A stretch of DNA of 35,229 nt, taken from NCBI GenBank assembly GCA_023137195.1, contig JAGLPV010000032.1, positions 1 to 35,229 on the forward strand, read 5' to 3'. Below are positions 19,491 to 28,889 of this stretch, one piece after another. The notes below the pieces were generated by a model, which saw only the letters and a program-made list of their open reading frames with translations, was not told the DNA's origin and did not search any database. This DNA comes from Candidatus Aenigmatarchaeota archaeon. Lineage in GTDB: Archaea > EX4484-52. Within the stretch, counting starts at the first letter, position 1. Every line of letters begins with the position of its first letter. The translations under genes and the position numbers were made by a program.

Positions 19491-20333
19491 ATGGTCAAAA
19501 GCAATAAATTTGTCTCAATAGATGCAGGAGCAACAACCACCTGTTTTTACTCATCCTCTAAAATTATCACCAGAAGCACACGCAGTTTATTCGATATAAA
19601 AAAAAGGAAAATGAAAAACAACTGCCTTGAAATTTTTGAAGAATTAAAAACAAAAAAAATATACATGACGGGCGTCCTGAGCGATGTAATCGGGGAAAAT
19701 CAAACATTATTAAAAAAAATCAATGGAGAAGACATGAAGATACAATATGTCTCAGAAATAGATTCAATTGCAAAAGGCGCTTTATCATACATAAATAATC
19801 GCGCGGAAAATATAGAAACTGCCCTTATCGCCTCCTGCGGAACAGGACTGTGCCTTGTGTATTTTGATAAAGGAAAAATAACACATTTGGGCGGCAGTGC
19901 AATATGCGGCGGAACGCTCCTTGGCTCATTGCGGTTAATGCTAAGGCGAAAAATAAAAATTGAAGAACTGAAAAAATACACGCCGGAAAATTACAACCAT
20001 AGTATGGATTATGTTTTAAATGACTTTACGAAACAAACAATCGGCATGCTTCCGCCGGACACTACATTTTCAAATTTTGCAAATGTGAGCTATTATCCTA
20101 AAGAACAAAGCGAAGAGGAAATCATCTGCTCTGTGCTTAATCTTGTATCTGAAAATATAGTCTCAACAGCCAGTCTGGCAATCAAAAACACACCTGCAAA
20201 AAACATAATATTTACGGGAAATGTCATCAGATTTCCTTTTGTTGAAAGCGTGATAAAAAAATATTTGACTGATTTCAACCTGTACTTTGTAAAAGATTGT
20301 GCTGTCGTCGCAAGAGGATGCCTGATATCCTGA
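19491..20333 (+). CDS. Type II pantothenate kinase (CoaW/Fumble-like)
   Basis: ASKHA motif IDAGATTT, MTG, VSEIDSIAKG, SCGTG, HLGGSAICGGTLLG, MDYVLND, SNFA, IIFTG. Confidence 0.85.
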   Translation: MVKSNKFVSIDAGATTTCFYSSSKIITRSTRSLFDIKKRKMKNNCLEIFEELKTKKIYMTGVLSDVIGENQTLLKKINGEDMKIQYVSEIDSIAKGALSYINNRAENIETALIASCGTGLCLVYFDKGKITHLGGSAICGGTLLGSLRLMLRRKIKIEELKKYTPENYNHSMDYVLNDFTKQTIGMLPPDTTFSNFANVSYYPKEQSEEEIICSVLNLVSENIVSTASLAIKNTPAKNIIFTGNVIRFPFVESVIKKYLTDFNLYFVKDCAVVARGCLIS

Positions 20334-20334
20334 T

Positions 20335-20877
20335 TTAATTTTTTATATTATTCATGACAGCTGCTGCAAATTCTTTTATTGCATTCGGACCATTTCCTGT
20401 GATGAAATGCCTGTCAACAACAACATCCTTGTTTACAAAAATCGCCCCTTTTGAATTCAGATATTCTTTCCCTGCCTGGAAAACTGTTGCTCTCTTGCTT
20501 GTCAGGAGACCTGCTCCTGCAAGGATTTGCGGGGCAAGGCAAATAGCGCCTATGGTTTTATTAAAGGCATGAGCAACCTTTGCAAGCCCGAGATAATTTG
20601 CATCCTTGTATAATTTGTGTTTTTCAACACCTTTTCCGCCTACAAAGACAACAGCATTATACTGAGATAAATCAATATTCATTATATCTTTTTCAACTTC
20701 AATGCTTCCGCCAAGTGCTCCATTTATGATTCCTGTTGCAGAAGAGGTAACCATGGTTGCATATCCATTCTCTTCGAATATTTTCTTTGTCTCAAATAAT
20801 TCTTCATCTCTAAAGTCAGATGGTGCAATAACCATCAGTATATTTCCCTTTATTTCAATTTCCTCGTTTGTTTCCAT
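20335..20877 (-). CDS. DJ-1/PfpI family protein
   Basis: FRDEE, FVGGKG, nucleophile elbow GAICLAP, ITGNGP. Confidence 0.93.
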   Translation of the reverse strand: METNEEIEIKGNILMVIAPSDFRDEELFETKKIFEENGYATMVTSSATGIINGALGGSIEVEKDIMNIDLSQYNAVVFVGGKGVEKHKLYKDANYLGLAKVAHAFNKTIGAICLAPQILAGAGLLTSKRATVFQAGKEYLNSKGAIFVNKDVVVDRHFITGNGPNAIKEFAAAVMNNIKN

Positions 20878-21210
20878 AATATTATCCCTTTTTTATGCAT
20901 TTTGGGAATTACGAGTGTTTCTTGTTTTTTGCTCAGTAAACCTGCCCAATAATGCAATGCTTATCAAAAATAAGCGTATATATTTATTTTCACAGTAAAG
21001 CATATAAATATAACATATCAAGTAAAAATCTTTCAGATTGATTTCTATTTGTTTCAATAAAAGAGTCTTACAATTAATACTACTTTTAATGTTGTAAATA
21101 AACTTCTTGTGAGATTTTACTGCTTATTTACAATGTGAAAGATTTTTTCATGTTGATATCTAAAGTTCCTTATGAAATTATACACTTTATATACAATGAA
21201 CAAGTAGAAA

Positions 21211-21864
21211 TCATTCAACTGGTTTTGATTTATTCTTTTTGTTGTCCTTCAAAAACAAAAGAGGAAAAATTATATCGCTTGTACAACAGGGAACAATTAC
21301 TGCCAGGATTATGAAAATAAACACCGCCCCGATGTGATGCACCCATTCTGTCAGACCAAAAGAGATTAAATAAAGAATAGATGCCATGGAACTTATAAAT
21401 ACATGAGTAGAATGAGAAAAGATAGTGCTTTTTGTGGTTTTGGGAACAATCAAACCGGTAAAAATACCTACTGCCAAGAAAGGTAATATTATCTGGGGGT
21501 GTTCTAAAATACATATATGCAGATGCATTTTTACGCCAAGAAGAGTTCCTGCAATGAAAGGAATAACAATATCGCTTACTCCGCACACCACTACTGCGCC
21601 GAAAAACCCGATAACTACTGCTTTCAAAAGTTTTTTCTCGTGACGCCAGAACATTGCTGTGGTTGCTGTGGCACTAAAGAGCATATGCATGGGATGAAAG
21701 ACATGAAATAATAGACCTGCTCCTTTTGGAAAATTGTCGGCGTTCAATAAAACAGAAATGAAGCTAAGCAGTCCTAAAAGGATTATACCAAAAGCTACAC
21801 TAAAAATAGTATAAGGGAGATGCGCTTCCAACTCACTAATAATATGGTTGATTTGTTTTTTCAT
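21211..21864 (-). CDS. His/Cys-rich polytopic membrane protein of unknown function
   Basis: 6-7 hydrophobic segments; HVFHPMH, CGVSD, HLHICILEH, SHSTH, PCCTSD. Confidence 0.75.
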   Translation of the reverse strand: MKKQINHIISELEAHLPYTIFSVAFGIILLGLLSFISVLLNADNFPKGAGLLFHVFHPMHMLFSATATTAMFWRHEKKLLKAVVIGFFGAVVVCGVSDIVIPFIAGTLLGVKMHLHICILEHPQIILPFLAVGIFTGLIVPKTTKSTIFSHSTHVFISSMASILYLISFGLTEWVHHIGAVFIFIILAVIVPCCTSDIIFPLLFLKDNKKNKSKPVE

Positions 21865-21906
21865 GAGTATTTAAAGCAAATATGTTTTTTAAATTATGTC
21901 TTCTGG

Positions 21907-22824
21907 TTAAACCAGTTCCTTTGCAAGAATCATAGAAATATCCATGTTTGTATATTCCTGATTAATTGTGTTTGTAATATAAATCTTGTCGTATGCTTTC
22001 TTTATTCTCTCCAACCCCGTTCCAAGCACACCATGCGTTGCAAATGCAATTGTTTTTTTCGCTCCGGCGTCTTTTAGTTTTTGCGCAACCTGTGAAAGAG
22101 TCCCTCCGCTTTCAATCAGGTCATCGCATACACATATATTTTTTCCTGCCAGGTTTTTCAAATCAAGAGACCCGTCTTTCAATTCAATATTATATGAATC
22201 TATCCTTTTCTTGCCGAACCCATCCATATTAAGCCGTTTTTGCGCCCCAAAATCAGGAGCTATGAAAACAAACTTATCTGCATCATCGCCAAAATCTTTC
22301 TCTAGTTTTTCCCGGAATAAAGAGGTAATTGGGTTGATTATATTTTTTATTTTTCCTTCTGCCTTAATTTTTTTGAACCAGTCCTTATTTGAGCAATGGG
22401 CGTCAAAGACAGTTATTTTTTTCACGCTAAAATAATTGAGGTATTTTTCAATCATCTGCCTTGCGACATTTGCCTCTCCTGTTTTAAATTCATTGTCCTG
22501 CATTGCATAAGGCATGTATGTAAAAACCAGTTCAATGCTGTCTGCTGTGTTTTTTAAGATATAAAGCAATATTTCAAGCTCAAGAAGCGTATCATTTGTC
22601 TTGTTGTCTTTTGTCTGCCCGCTGAATACAACAGTTGTTGGATTGGCTTTAATGGAATCCATGTTCTCAAGGCGAAGATAACTCTCCCCGTCAGGGAAAA
22701 TGAATTTGCCTTCGTTATTGGGTAAAGGGTATGTAATATTATATTCAGAAGGACTTAAAATACCAGTTTGCTTTACTTTATCCAAAAGATGCTTTGCTGA
22801 ATTTGCAAAGATTATGTTTTTCAT
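21907..22824 (-). CDS. prs: Ribose-phosphate pyrophosphokinase (divergent)
   Basis: FPDGESY, YMPYAMQD, FDAH, APDFGA, DDLIESGGTL, ATHGV, TNTI. Confidence 0.88.
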   Translation of the reverse strand: MKNIIFANSAKHLLDKVKQTGILSPSEYNITYPLPNNEGKFIFPDGESYLRLENMDSIKANPTTVVFSGQTKDNKTNDTLLELEILLYILKNTADSIELVFTYMPYAMQDNEFKTGEANVARQMIEKYLNYFSVKKITVFDAHCSNKDWFKKIKAEGKIKNIINPITSLFREKLEKDFGDDADKFVFIAPDFGAQKRLNMDGFGKKRIDSYNIELKDGSLDLKNLAGKNICVCDDLIESGGTLSQVAQKLKDAGAKKTIAFATHGVLGTGLERIKKAYDKIYITNTINQEYTNMDISMILAKELV

Positions 22825-22859
22825 ATTTTTATTGACAGGAATATTTTATAAAAATATGG

Positions 22860-23291
22860 TCATCCAAAAACAAAAATCAAAAACAGATACCTAAATAGCT
22901 TCCCGACAAATACAAAAAAAGCAAATGCCTTCAAATCAGACTTTACAAGCCCTGCAAACAATGTCAAAGCATCCCCTATGAGAGGAACCCATGAAAAAAA
23001 CAAGATAGGATTCCCATACTTGTCAAAGAGTCTTTTTGCTTTTTTTAGTTTTTCATCATCTGTCTTGATTACCCTGTGAAATATTGTTTTTCTACCCAGA
23101 CGACCCACATAATAGTTTGTAAGAGAGCCGAAAAAATTCCCGAAAGTCGCAACCATGAGTAGTAAGAACAAGTCAAGTGTTTGCGTATGGGCATATCCTG
23201 CCACAAGTACTTCGGAGCCAAATGGAAGGATAGTAGATGCAAGGAAAGACACTACAAACACATTTAGGTAATGATAGAATGCAGACAGCAT
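22860..23291 (-). CDS. DedA/YqaA family membrane protein (copy 1)
   Basis: SFLASTILPFGSE, GNFFGSLTNYYVG, SWVPLIGD, GKLFRY. Confidence 0.92.
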   Translation of the reverse strand: MLSAFYHYLNVFVVSFLASTILPFGSEVLVAGYAHTQTLDLFLLLMVATFGNFFGSLTNYYVGRLGRKTIFHRVIKTDDEKLKKAKRLFDKYGNPILFFSWVPLIGDALTLFAGLVKSDLKAFAFFVFVGKLFRYLFLIFVFG

Positions 23292-23343
23292 TTATTTAAA
23301 TGATATTAAAACTTATAAATGATTATGCTTCCTACATTGATCT

Positions 23344-23775
23344 TTAGACTAAAGAATAAATCATGACAAAATAGACTACAAATTTGCCGACAAAAACAAA
23401 AAAAGCAAATGCCTTTATATCTGCCTTTACCAACCCAGCAACCAATGTAAGAGCATCTCCGAGGAAAGGAATAGTTGTAAGAAGTAATACAGGATTCCCG
23501 TATTTATCGAACACTTCTTTTGCTCTTTTCAATTTTTTCCTGTCTATTTTGATTATCCTTGAAAATATAGTTTTATGACCCAGGTAACCCACATAGTAGT
23601 TTGTAATAGAACCTAAAAAATTCCCTATTGTCGTGTTCATAAGCAGCAGGAATGGGTTCAGCTGTCCTGTATGTGCATATAATATCACAAGCGGTTCTGA
23701 ACCAAAGGGAAGAACTGTTGAAGCAAGAAAAGACATGATAAATACGTTGATGTGGAGATAAAATTCAGGAAACAT
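23344..23775 (-). CDS. DedA/YqaA family membrane protein (copy 2, tandem paralog)
   Basis: SFLASTVLPFGSE, GNFLGSITNYYVG, PFLGDAL; same 143-aa length as its neighbour. Confidence 0.9.
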   Translation of the reverse strand: MFPEFYLHINVFIMSFLASTVLPFGSEPLVILYAHTGQLNPFLLLMNTTIGNFLGSITNYYVGYLGHKTIFSRIIKIDRKKLKRAKEVFDKYGNPVLLLTTIPFLGDALTLVAGLVKADIKAFAFFVFVGKFVVYFVMIYSLV

Positions 23776-23832
23776 TCAATCACATGAGATAAATCCTGTT
23801 AAAACTTATAAAACTAATATTATATCAATATT

Positions 23833-24870
23833 ATGAGTGTTGTGAAAAAAATACAGCTTCCAAAGCAGGTGCTTGTAGGAAACGATATTTTGGAAAATAT
23901 AGGTTCTATTCTATCAGAACTAAATACCGGCAAAAATATTGCAATTGTCTGTGGGCAAAGAACCAGGGATATTGTAGAAGAAAAAATAATTCCCTATTTG
24001 AAAAAAAGCAATGTGAAATATGAAATTTTCATGTGTGGTGAAAGTTCTGTCGAGCAAATAGAGTATATAAAAAATCAGGTGCAAAACAAATATAATCTTG
24101 TTTTCGGTGTAGGGGGAGGGAAAAACATAGATGTCGCAAAAGTGACAGCTCACGAACTAAATATTGATTTTATTTCAATACCTACTGCACCCACCCATGA
24201 CGGCATTGCCTCTTCCTTTGCCACCATCAAAAAAAGACAAAAGAAGTATTCTATTAAAACAAGACCGCCTCTTGCAATAATCTGTGATGTGGAAATCATA
24301 CAAAAAGCAGACAGGAGATTTTTTGCAAGTGGATTCTGCGATGCTTATTCGAACTTTATTGCAACTGCTGACTGGAATCTGGCAAAAAAAGACAATGATG
24401 AATATTTTGGAAATTATGCTTATGAACTTTCAAAAGTCTCATCACTCTTGGTTGCAAAAAACATAGACTCTATTATTGATAGGACATCGGATGGAACAAG
24501 AACACTGCTTGAGGCATTGATTAGCGGCGGCATTGCTATGGAGATTGCCGGCTCATCCCGCCCATGCTCTGGTTCTGAACACCTGTTTGCGCATGCCATG
24601 GGGGCTGAAAATATCAATCTTCTTCACGGGGAAGCTGTTGGTGTCGGAATGTTGGTTTGTGCATACCTTCATAAATACAACTGGCAGAATGTCAAAAAAA
24701 ATCTTAAAAAAGTAAACATCCCTTTGGACTTATTAAAGGACACAGAACGGATGAAAAAAATATTTGCGACTGCAAAACAAATGGGGATTGACAGAGGTAG
24801 GTACACGATCCTTGACAAGACAAAGGAAGAGGAATTTGTAGAGTGCCTTAATAAGGTCTGCAAAGAATAA
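23833..24870 (+). CDS. egsA: sn-glycerol-1-phosphate dehydrogenase
   Basis: GVGGGKNIDVAK, PTAPTHDGIAS, GSSRPCSGSEHLFAHA, LHGEAVG, RYTIL. Confidence 0.95.
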   Translation: MSVVKKIQLPKQVLVGNDILENIGSILSELNTGKNIAIVCGQRTRDIVEEKIIPYLKKSNVKYEIFMCGESSVEQIEYIKNQVQNKYNLVFGVGGGKNIDVAKVTAHELNIDFISIPTAPTHDGIASSFATIKKRQKKYSIKTRPPLAIICDVEIIQKADRRFFASGFCDAYSNFIATADWNLAKKDNDEYFGNYAYELSKVSSLLVAKNIDSIIDRTSDGTRTLLEALISGGIAMEIAGSSRPCSGSEHLFAHAMGAENINLLHGEAVGVGMLVCAYLHKYNWQNVKKNLKKVNIPLDLLKDTERMKKIFATAKQMGIDRGRYTILDKTKEEEFVECLNKVCKE

Positions 24871-24877
24871 CTGCTTA

Positions 24878-25453
24878 TTACATCCCTACTTCATCTGCAA
24901 TGGATTTCATTGATTCAAGTGCAATTTCTATAAATTCAGCACGGGATAATCCTGTTTTTTCTATATCATTTATCAGAGTCCTGTCTACATTTGCGGCAAA
25001 TGTCTTGTCCTTGATTTTTTTTGTGATTGATTTGACTTTTACATCCTTTATCTTTTTGTCCGGTCTCATCAATACATAGGCATAAATCAGTCCGGTTATA
25101 TTCTCAGCAGCAGAAAGGGCAAAATCCAGTTTGCTTTTTCGCTCTATATTTAGATGCCCGAGATGCTCTGTATGCGTTTTAATAGCATAAAACATTTCAG
25201 GGATGTTGTATCCCTCTTCTTCTAATATCGCACATGTTCTCATACCGTGTTCTTTATAATCTCCCGAAATGACATCCATATCAAGATCATGCAAAAGACC
25301 GGTTATTCCCCAGAAATCCACGTCCTCTTCAAAATGCTTTGCAAGCCCTCTCATTATGACTTCTGTTTCCCTGCTGTGATTTTTCAGATAGTCCTGCGTA
25401 ATGTATTTTTCCAGCAAGTCTCGTGCTTCTTCTATTGTAATTTTTGATTTCAT
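24878..25453 (-). CDS. HDIG/HD-domain metal-dependent phosphohydrolase
   Basis: LKNHS, WGITGLLHDLD, HG, KDKTFAANVDR; start overlaps the serA stop (ATGA). Confidence 0.85.
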   Translation of the reverse strand: MKSKITIEEARDLLEKYITQDYLKNHSRETEVIMRGLAKHFEEDVDFWGITGLLHDLDMDVISGDYKEHGMRTCAILEEEGYNIPEMFYAIKTHTEHLGHLNIERKSKLDFALSAAENITGLIYAYVLMRPDKKIKDVKVKSITKKIKDKTFAANVDRTLINDIEKTGLSRAEFIEIALESMKSIADEVGM

Positions 25454-26775
25454 ATGTTGTTGAAGTCGCCGTCAAATTTTGTTGCTTTTATACTCCTGTC
25501 ATCAATATAATGGTAATTTCCTCCCCTGGGCTTATTGAATAGAACATAATGGTATTTGAATTCATGTTTGGCAAGCCATTTTTCTGTAATTTTCTTCATG
25601 TCATCTGTTCTTGATGTGAAAAAAGTAATGATATGGCCCTGTTCATACCATTTGTTGACCCTGTCTTTTGCTCCGGGGATTTCAGCAGCAGTTTTCATAC
25701 GATCCTGTTCTTCATTCGGGACATCTTCGCATAGAACTCCATCTATATCGATGACATAATTCTTCAGTCCTGCGCGCAGCTTGGGGCTTGCCAATTTACC
25801 GTCTGTTGTTTTTTCAAATAAATCCTGTGATTCAGTTTCATTGACAACATTTACCAGGATTCCTTTTTTAAGACCGTCGATTATCTCATGCGCAACATCA
25901 ATCGCTACATTTTCCTGCGCCTCTATCGTTGTCGCGCCAATATGAGGCGTTGCAAGAACTTCGTCCATATCCATCAGACGGCTTTCAACAAATGGCTCAT
26001 TTATCCATACATCTATTGCCGCACTGTTCACTTTTTTGCTTTTTATTGCATCGTAAAGTGCATCTTCATTAATAAGCCCTCCTCTGCCGGCATTTATAAT
26101 TCGTACACCATCTTTCATCATTGCAATCTGCTCTTTATCAATTATATTTTTTGTGCTTTCTATCAGGTGCACATGAAGCGATACAAAATCAGACTCTTTC
26201 AACAGTTCGTTTAATTCAACTTTTTTGACATTAAGATGCCTCATGTAGTCTGCTTCGATAAAAGGATCGCACGCAATTACATTCATGTGCAGTCCATTGC
26301 AGATTCCTGCCACGATTTTTCCGACTTTTCCAAGACCGATAATGCCAAGAGTTTTTCCTTTTAATTCAATTCCCATGAATCTTTTTTTGTCCCATTTTTT
26401 CTCATGCTTCATGAAAATGTCTGCTTTATGGATATTTCTGGATAAAGTAAGAATCATTGCAACTGTATGCTCTGCAGCGGAATTTACATTGCCAAAAGGT
26501 GTATTCATAACTGCTATGCCTTTTCTTGTTGCCGCATCAATATTGATATTGTCGTAGCCGACCCCGGCCCTTCCGATGAGTTTAAGCTTTGACGCCTTTT
26601 CAATGATATTTTTTGTGATTTTTGTACCTCTTACAATTATTGCGTCATACTGGTCTATTATTTTTATTATTTCTTTCTCGCTCAAATCCGTCTTCACATC
26701 CACACTCATATCTTCTTCTGCATTTATCATGTCAACAGCAGTATGAGATACCGTATCTAATATAATTACTTTCAT
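25450..26775 (-). CDS. serA: D-3-phosphoglycerate dehydrogenase fused to a C-terminal HAD-family phosphatase
   Basis: GRAGVGYDNI, GIIGLGKVG, INAGRGG, PHIGATTIEAQ; then DIDGVL...FFTSR...NKPRGG...YIDD. Confidence 0.9.
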   Translation of the reverse strand: MKVIILDTVSHTAVDMINAEEDMSVDVKTDLSEKEIIKIIDQYDAIIVRGTKITKNIIEKASKLKLIGRAGVGYDNINIDAATRKGIAVMNTPFGNVNSAAEHTVAMILTLSRNIHKADIFMKHEKKWDKKRFMGIELKGKTLGIIGLGKVGKIVAGICNGLHMNVIACDPFIEADYMRHLNVKKVELNELLKESDFVSLHVHLIESTKNIIDKEQIAMMKDGVRIINAGRGGLINEDALYDAIKSKKVNSAAIDVWINEPFVESRLMDMDEVLATPHIGATTIEAQENVAIDVAHEIIDGLKKGILVNVVNETESQDLFEKTTDGKLASPKLRAGLKNYVIDIDGVLCEDVPNEEQDRMKTAAEIPGAKDRVNKWYEQGHIITFFTSRTDDMKKITEKWLAKHEFKYHYVLFNKPRGGNYHYIDDRSIKATKFDGDFNNI

Positions 26776-26786
26776 TTTATTCCTCC

Positions 26787-27893
26787 TTAAATATAATTTT
26801 GAAGTTCATTTAGATAATTCGCTAAATCTTCTTCCTGGATGTCTCCCATATGAGCAATCCGGAATGTTGTCTGTTTGCCATCTTCGTTTAGTTTTTCATT
26901 TAATTTCCTATATCCTGTGTCGAACAAATACCCTTTGTTTCCTATTTTTTGCTTGACGGCTTTAAGGTCAATGTTTTTAGTGTTTATTATACACGATACA
27001 GTATCTGACTCATATCCTGCTTCAGGAAACATTTCCATACCTCTTTTTTTTGCCCATGTTCTTGTCATCATTGCCATTTGCCTGTGCCTATTAAACCTGT
27101 TTTCCAGTCCTTCTTCATTTAAGATGTAATCCGTCTGCCTGTCAAGAGCATATAGATGAGAGATTGAAGGGGTGTATGGAGTTTGGTTTTTGTCATAGCT
27201 TTTTTTTAGTTCCAGCAGATCAAAATAATACCCGCGTCCCTTTATTGTTTTTGCCTTGTCGTATGCTTTTTGGCTAACTGATGCCAGCGCAATACCAGAG
27301 GGCAGTGCCACTGCCTTTTGACCGGATGTAAGACAAATATCTATTCCTAGCTTGTCCACTTCAATTTTTGTCCCGCCAAGCGAACTGACGGCATCTACTA
27401 AAAACAATACATCTGGATATTTTTTCATGACTTCTGAGATTTCTTTAAGAGGATTTAAAAGCCCTGTTGAGGTTTCGCAATGGGTTATGCATACAGCATC
27501 ATATTCATTGCTGCTGAGTTTTTCATCTATCCTTTCCGGCTTTATTGCAGAACCCCATTCAACATCAATTTTTTCTGCTTCTTTTCCACAGGCAAGAGCA
27601 ATACTATGCCATTTTTTGCCAAATGCTCCGCAAACGCAATTGAGAACTTTTTTTGAAACGCAGTTTCTGATAGACGCTTCCATGAATCCTGAGCCAGAGG
27701 ATGTAGAAATTAGGCAATCGTTTTGGGTATAAAATAATTGTTGAAGCTTTGGCTTTATCCGACCAAATAGCTGACCAAATTCTTCTGTCCTGTGACCTAT
27801 CATTGGCTTTGACATTTCATCTAAAATTTCTGCCCGGACTTCTGTGGGTCCAGGGATAAAAAGTTTTTTGCCAGACATATAGATTTGTGACAT
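26787..27893 (-). CDS. Class V PLP aminotransferase (archaeal phosphoserine / serine-pyruvate aminotransferase type)
   Basis: FIPGPTEV, THCETSTG, VDAVSSLGG, SGQKA (PLP Lys), FRIAHMG; immediately upstream of serA. Confidence 0.9.
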   Translation of the reverse strand: MSQIYMSGKKLFIPGPTEVRAEILDEMSKPMIGHRTEEFGQLFGRIKPKLQQLFYTQNDCLISTSSGSGFMEASIRNCVSKKVLNCVCGAFGKKWHSIALACGKEAEKIDVEWGSAIKPERIDEKLSSNEYDAVCITHCETSTGLLNPLKEISEVMKKYPDVLFLVDAVSSLGGTKIEVDKLGIDICLTSGQKAVALPSGIALASVSQKAYDKAKTIKGRGYYFDLLELKKSYDKNQTPYTPSISHLYALDRQTDYILNEEGLENRFNRHRQMAMMTRTWAKKRGMEMFPEAGYESDTVSCIINTKNIDLKAVKQKIGNKGYLFDTGYRKLNEKLNEDGKQTTFRIAHMGDIQEEDLANYLNELQNYI

Positions 27894-28016
27894 GAAAGTT
27901 TATATATTTATAACAGGTGATAAACAAAGAAATGTATGCAATAAGAAATATAAACGAGTTTCCCACAAGCGCGCATAAAAGCCAAACTTATAAAAAAATA
28001 ACCTGATTCTAAGAAT

Positions 28017-28754
28017 ATGGTAAAAAATAATAGAACTGAAGTCTATATTACAGAGAAATTAAAGCAGGGAAAACCACTTCATTTTACTTTACTTGATCCG
28101 GAAACGCTTAACACAAAAGAAGAGATAAAAAAGTGCATTGATTTTAAGACAGATGCATTTATGCTGGGCGGTTCTTTGAAAATAAATGAGGAGTATGCAA
28201 AAAATATGGTAAAGGCAATCAAGTCAATTGACCGGAACCTTCCGGTAATTTCTTTTCCAGGCAATACAAATGGTGTTTTTGATTGCGTAGATGCTGTTTT
28301 TTTTATGTCTTTGCTTAATTCAACAAACCCATATTGGATAACCGGAGCCCAGGCAATAAGTGCTTTTGATATAAAAACAAAGAAAATAGAGACGCTTTCT
28401 ATGGCATATATTATAATTGAACCGGGAGAGACTGTTGCATTTATTGGTGATGCAAAACCAATCCCTAGAAAAAAGCCGGAAATCGCATGTGCTTATGCAC
28501 TTTCAGCTCAATACATGGGCTTTAGTCTGGTATATTTTGAGGCAGGTTCGGGGGCAGATGAATCTGTGCCTCCAAAAATGATTGCCATGGCAAAAAAAAC
28601 AATAGATGTTCCTTTGATTGTTGGTGGAGGGATAAGAACCCCCGAAGCTGCAAAAGAAAAAGTGCTTGCGGGAGCAGATATTATAGTTACGGGAAATATT
28701 GTTGAAGACAACATAAACAGGTTGAAAGACATAATTAGTGTGATAAAAGAATGA
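28017..28754 (+). CDS. Geranylgeranylglyceryl phosphate synthase (group II)
   Basis: HFTLLDP, MLGGS, FPG, MSLLNSTNPYWITGAQ, YFEAGSGA, VGGGIR, GADIIVTG. Confidence 0.95.
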   Translation: MVKNNRTEVYITEKLKQGKPLHFTLLDPETLNTKEEIKKCIDFKTDAFMLGGSLKINEEYAKNMVKAIKSIDRNLPVISFPGNTNGVFDCVDAVFFMSLLNSTNPYWITGAQAISAFDIKTKKIETLSMAYIIIEPGETVAFIGDAKPIPRKKPEIACAYALSAQYMGFSLVYFEAGSGADESVPPKMIAMAKKTIDVPLIVGGGIRTPEAAKEKVLAGADIIVTGNIVEDNINRLKDIISVIKE

Positions 28755-28889
28755 TTTCGTATTGGTATTTTATTTCCGACTAGTTTGGTAATTTTATTGA
28801 TTACTCTGTAGTTGATGAAACTTCTATCCGACCACATAAAAGCAAAAAAAGTATATGGTACAGCATTTCAAATGGTTATAAATTTAGCA

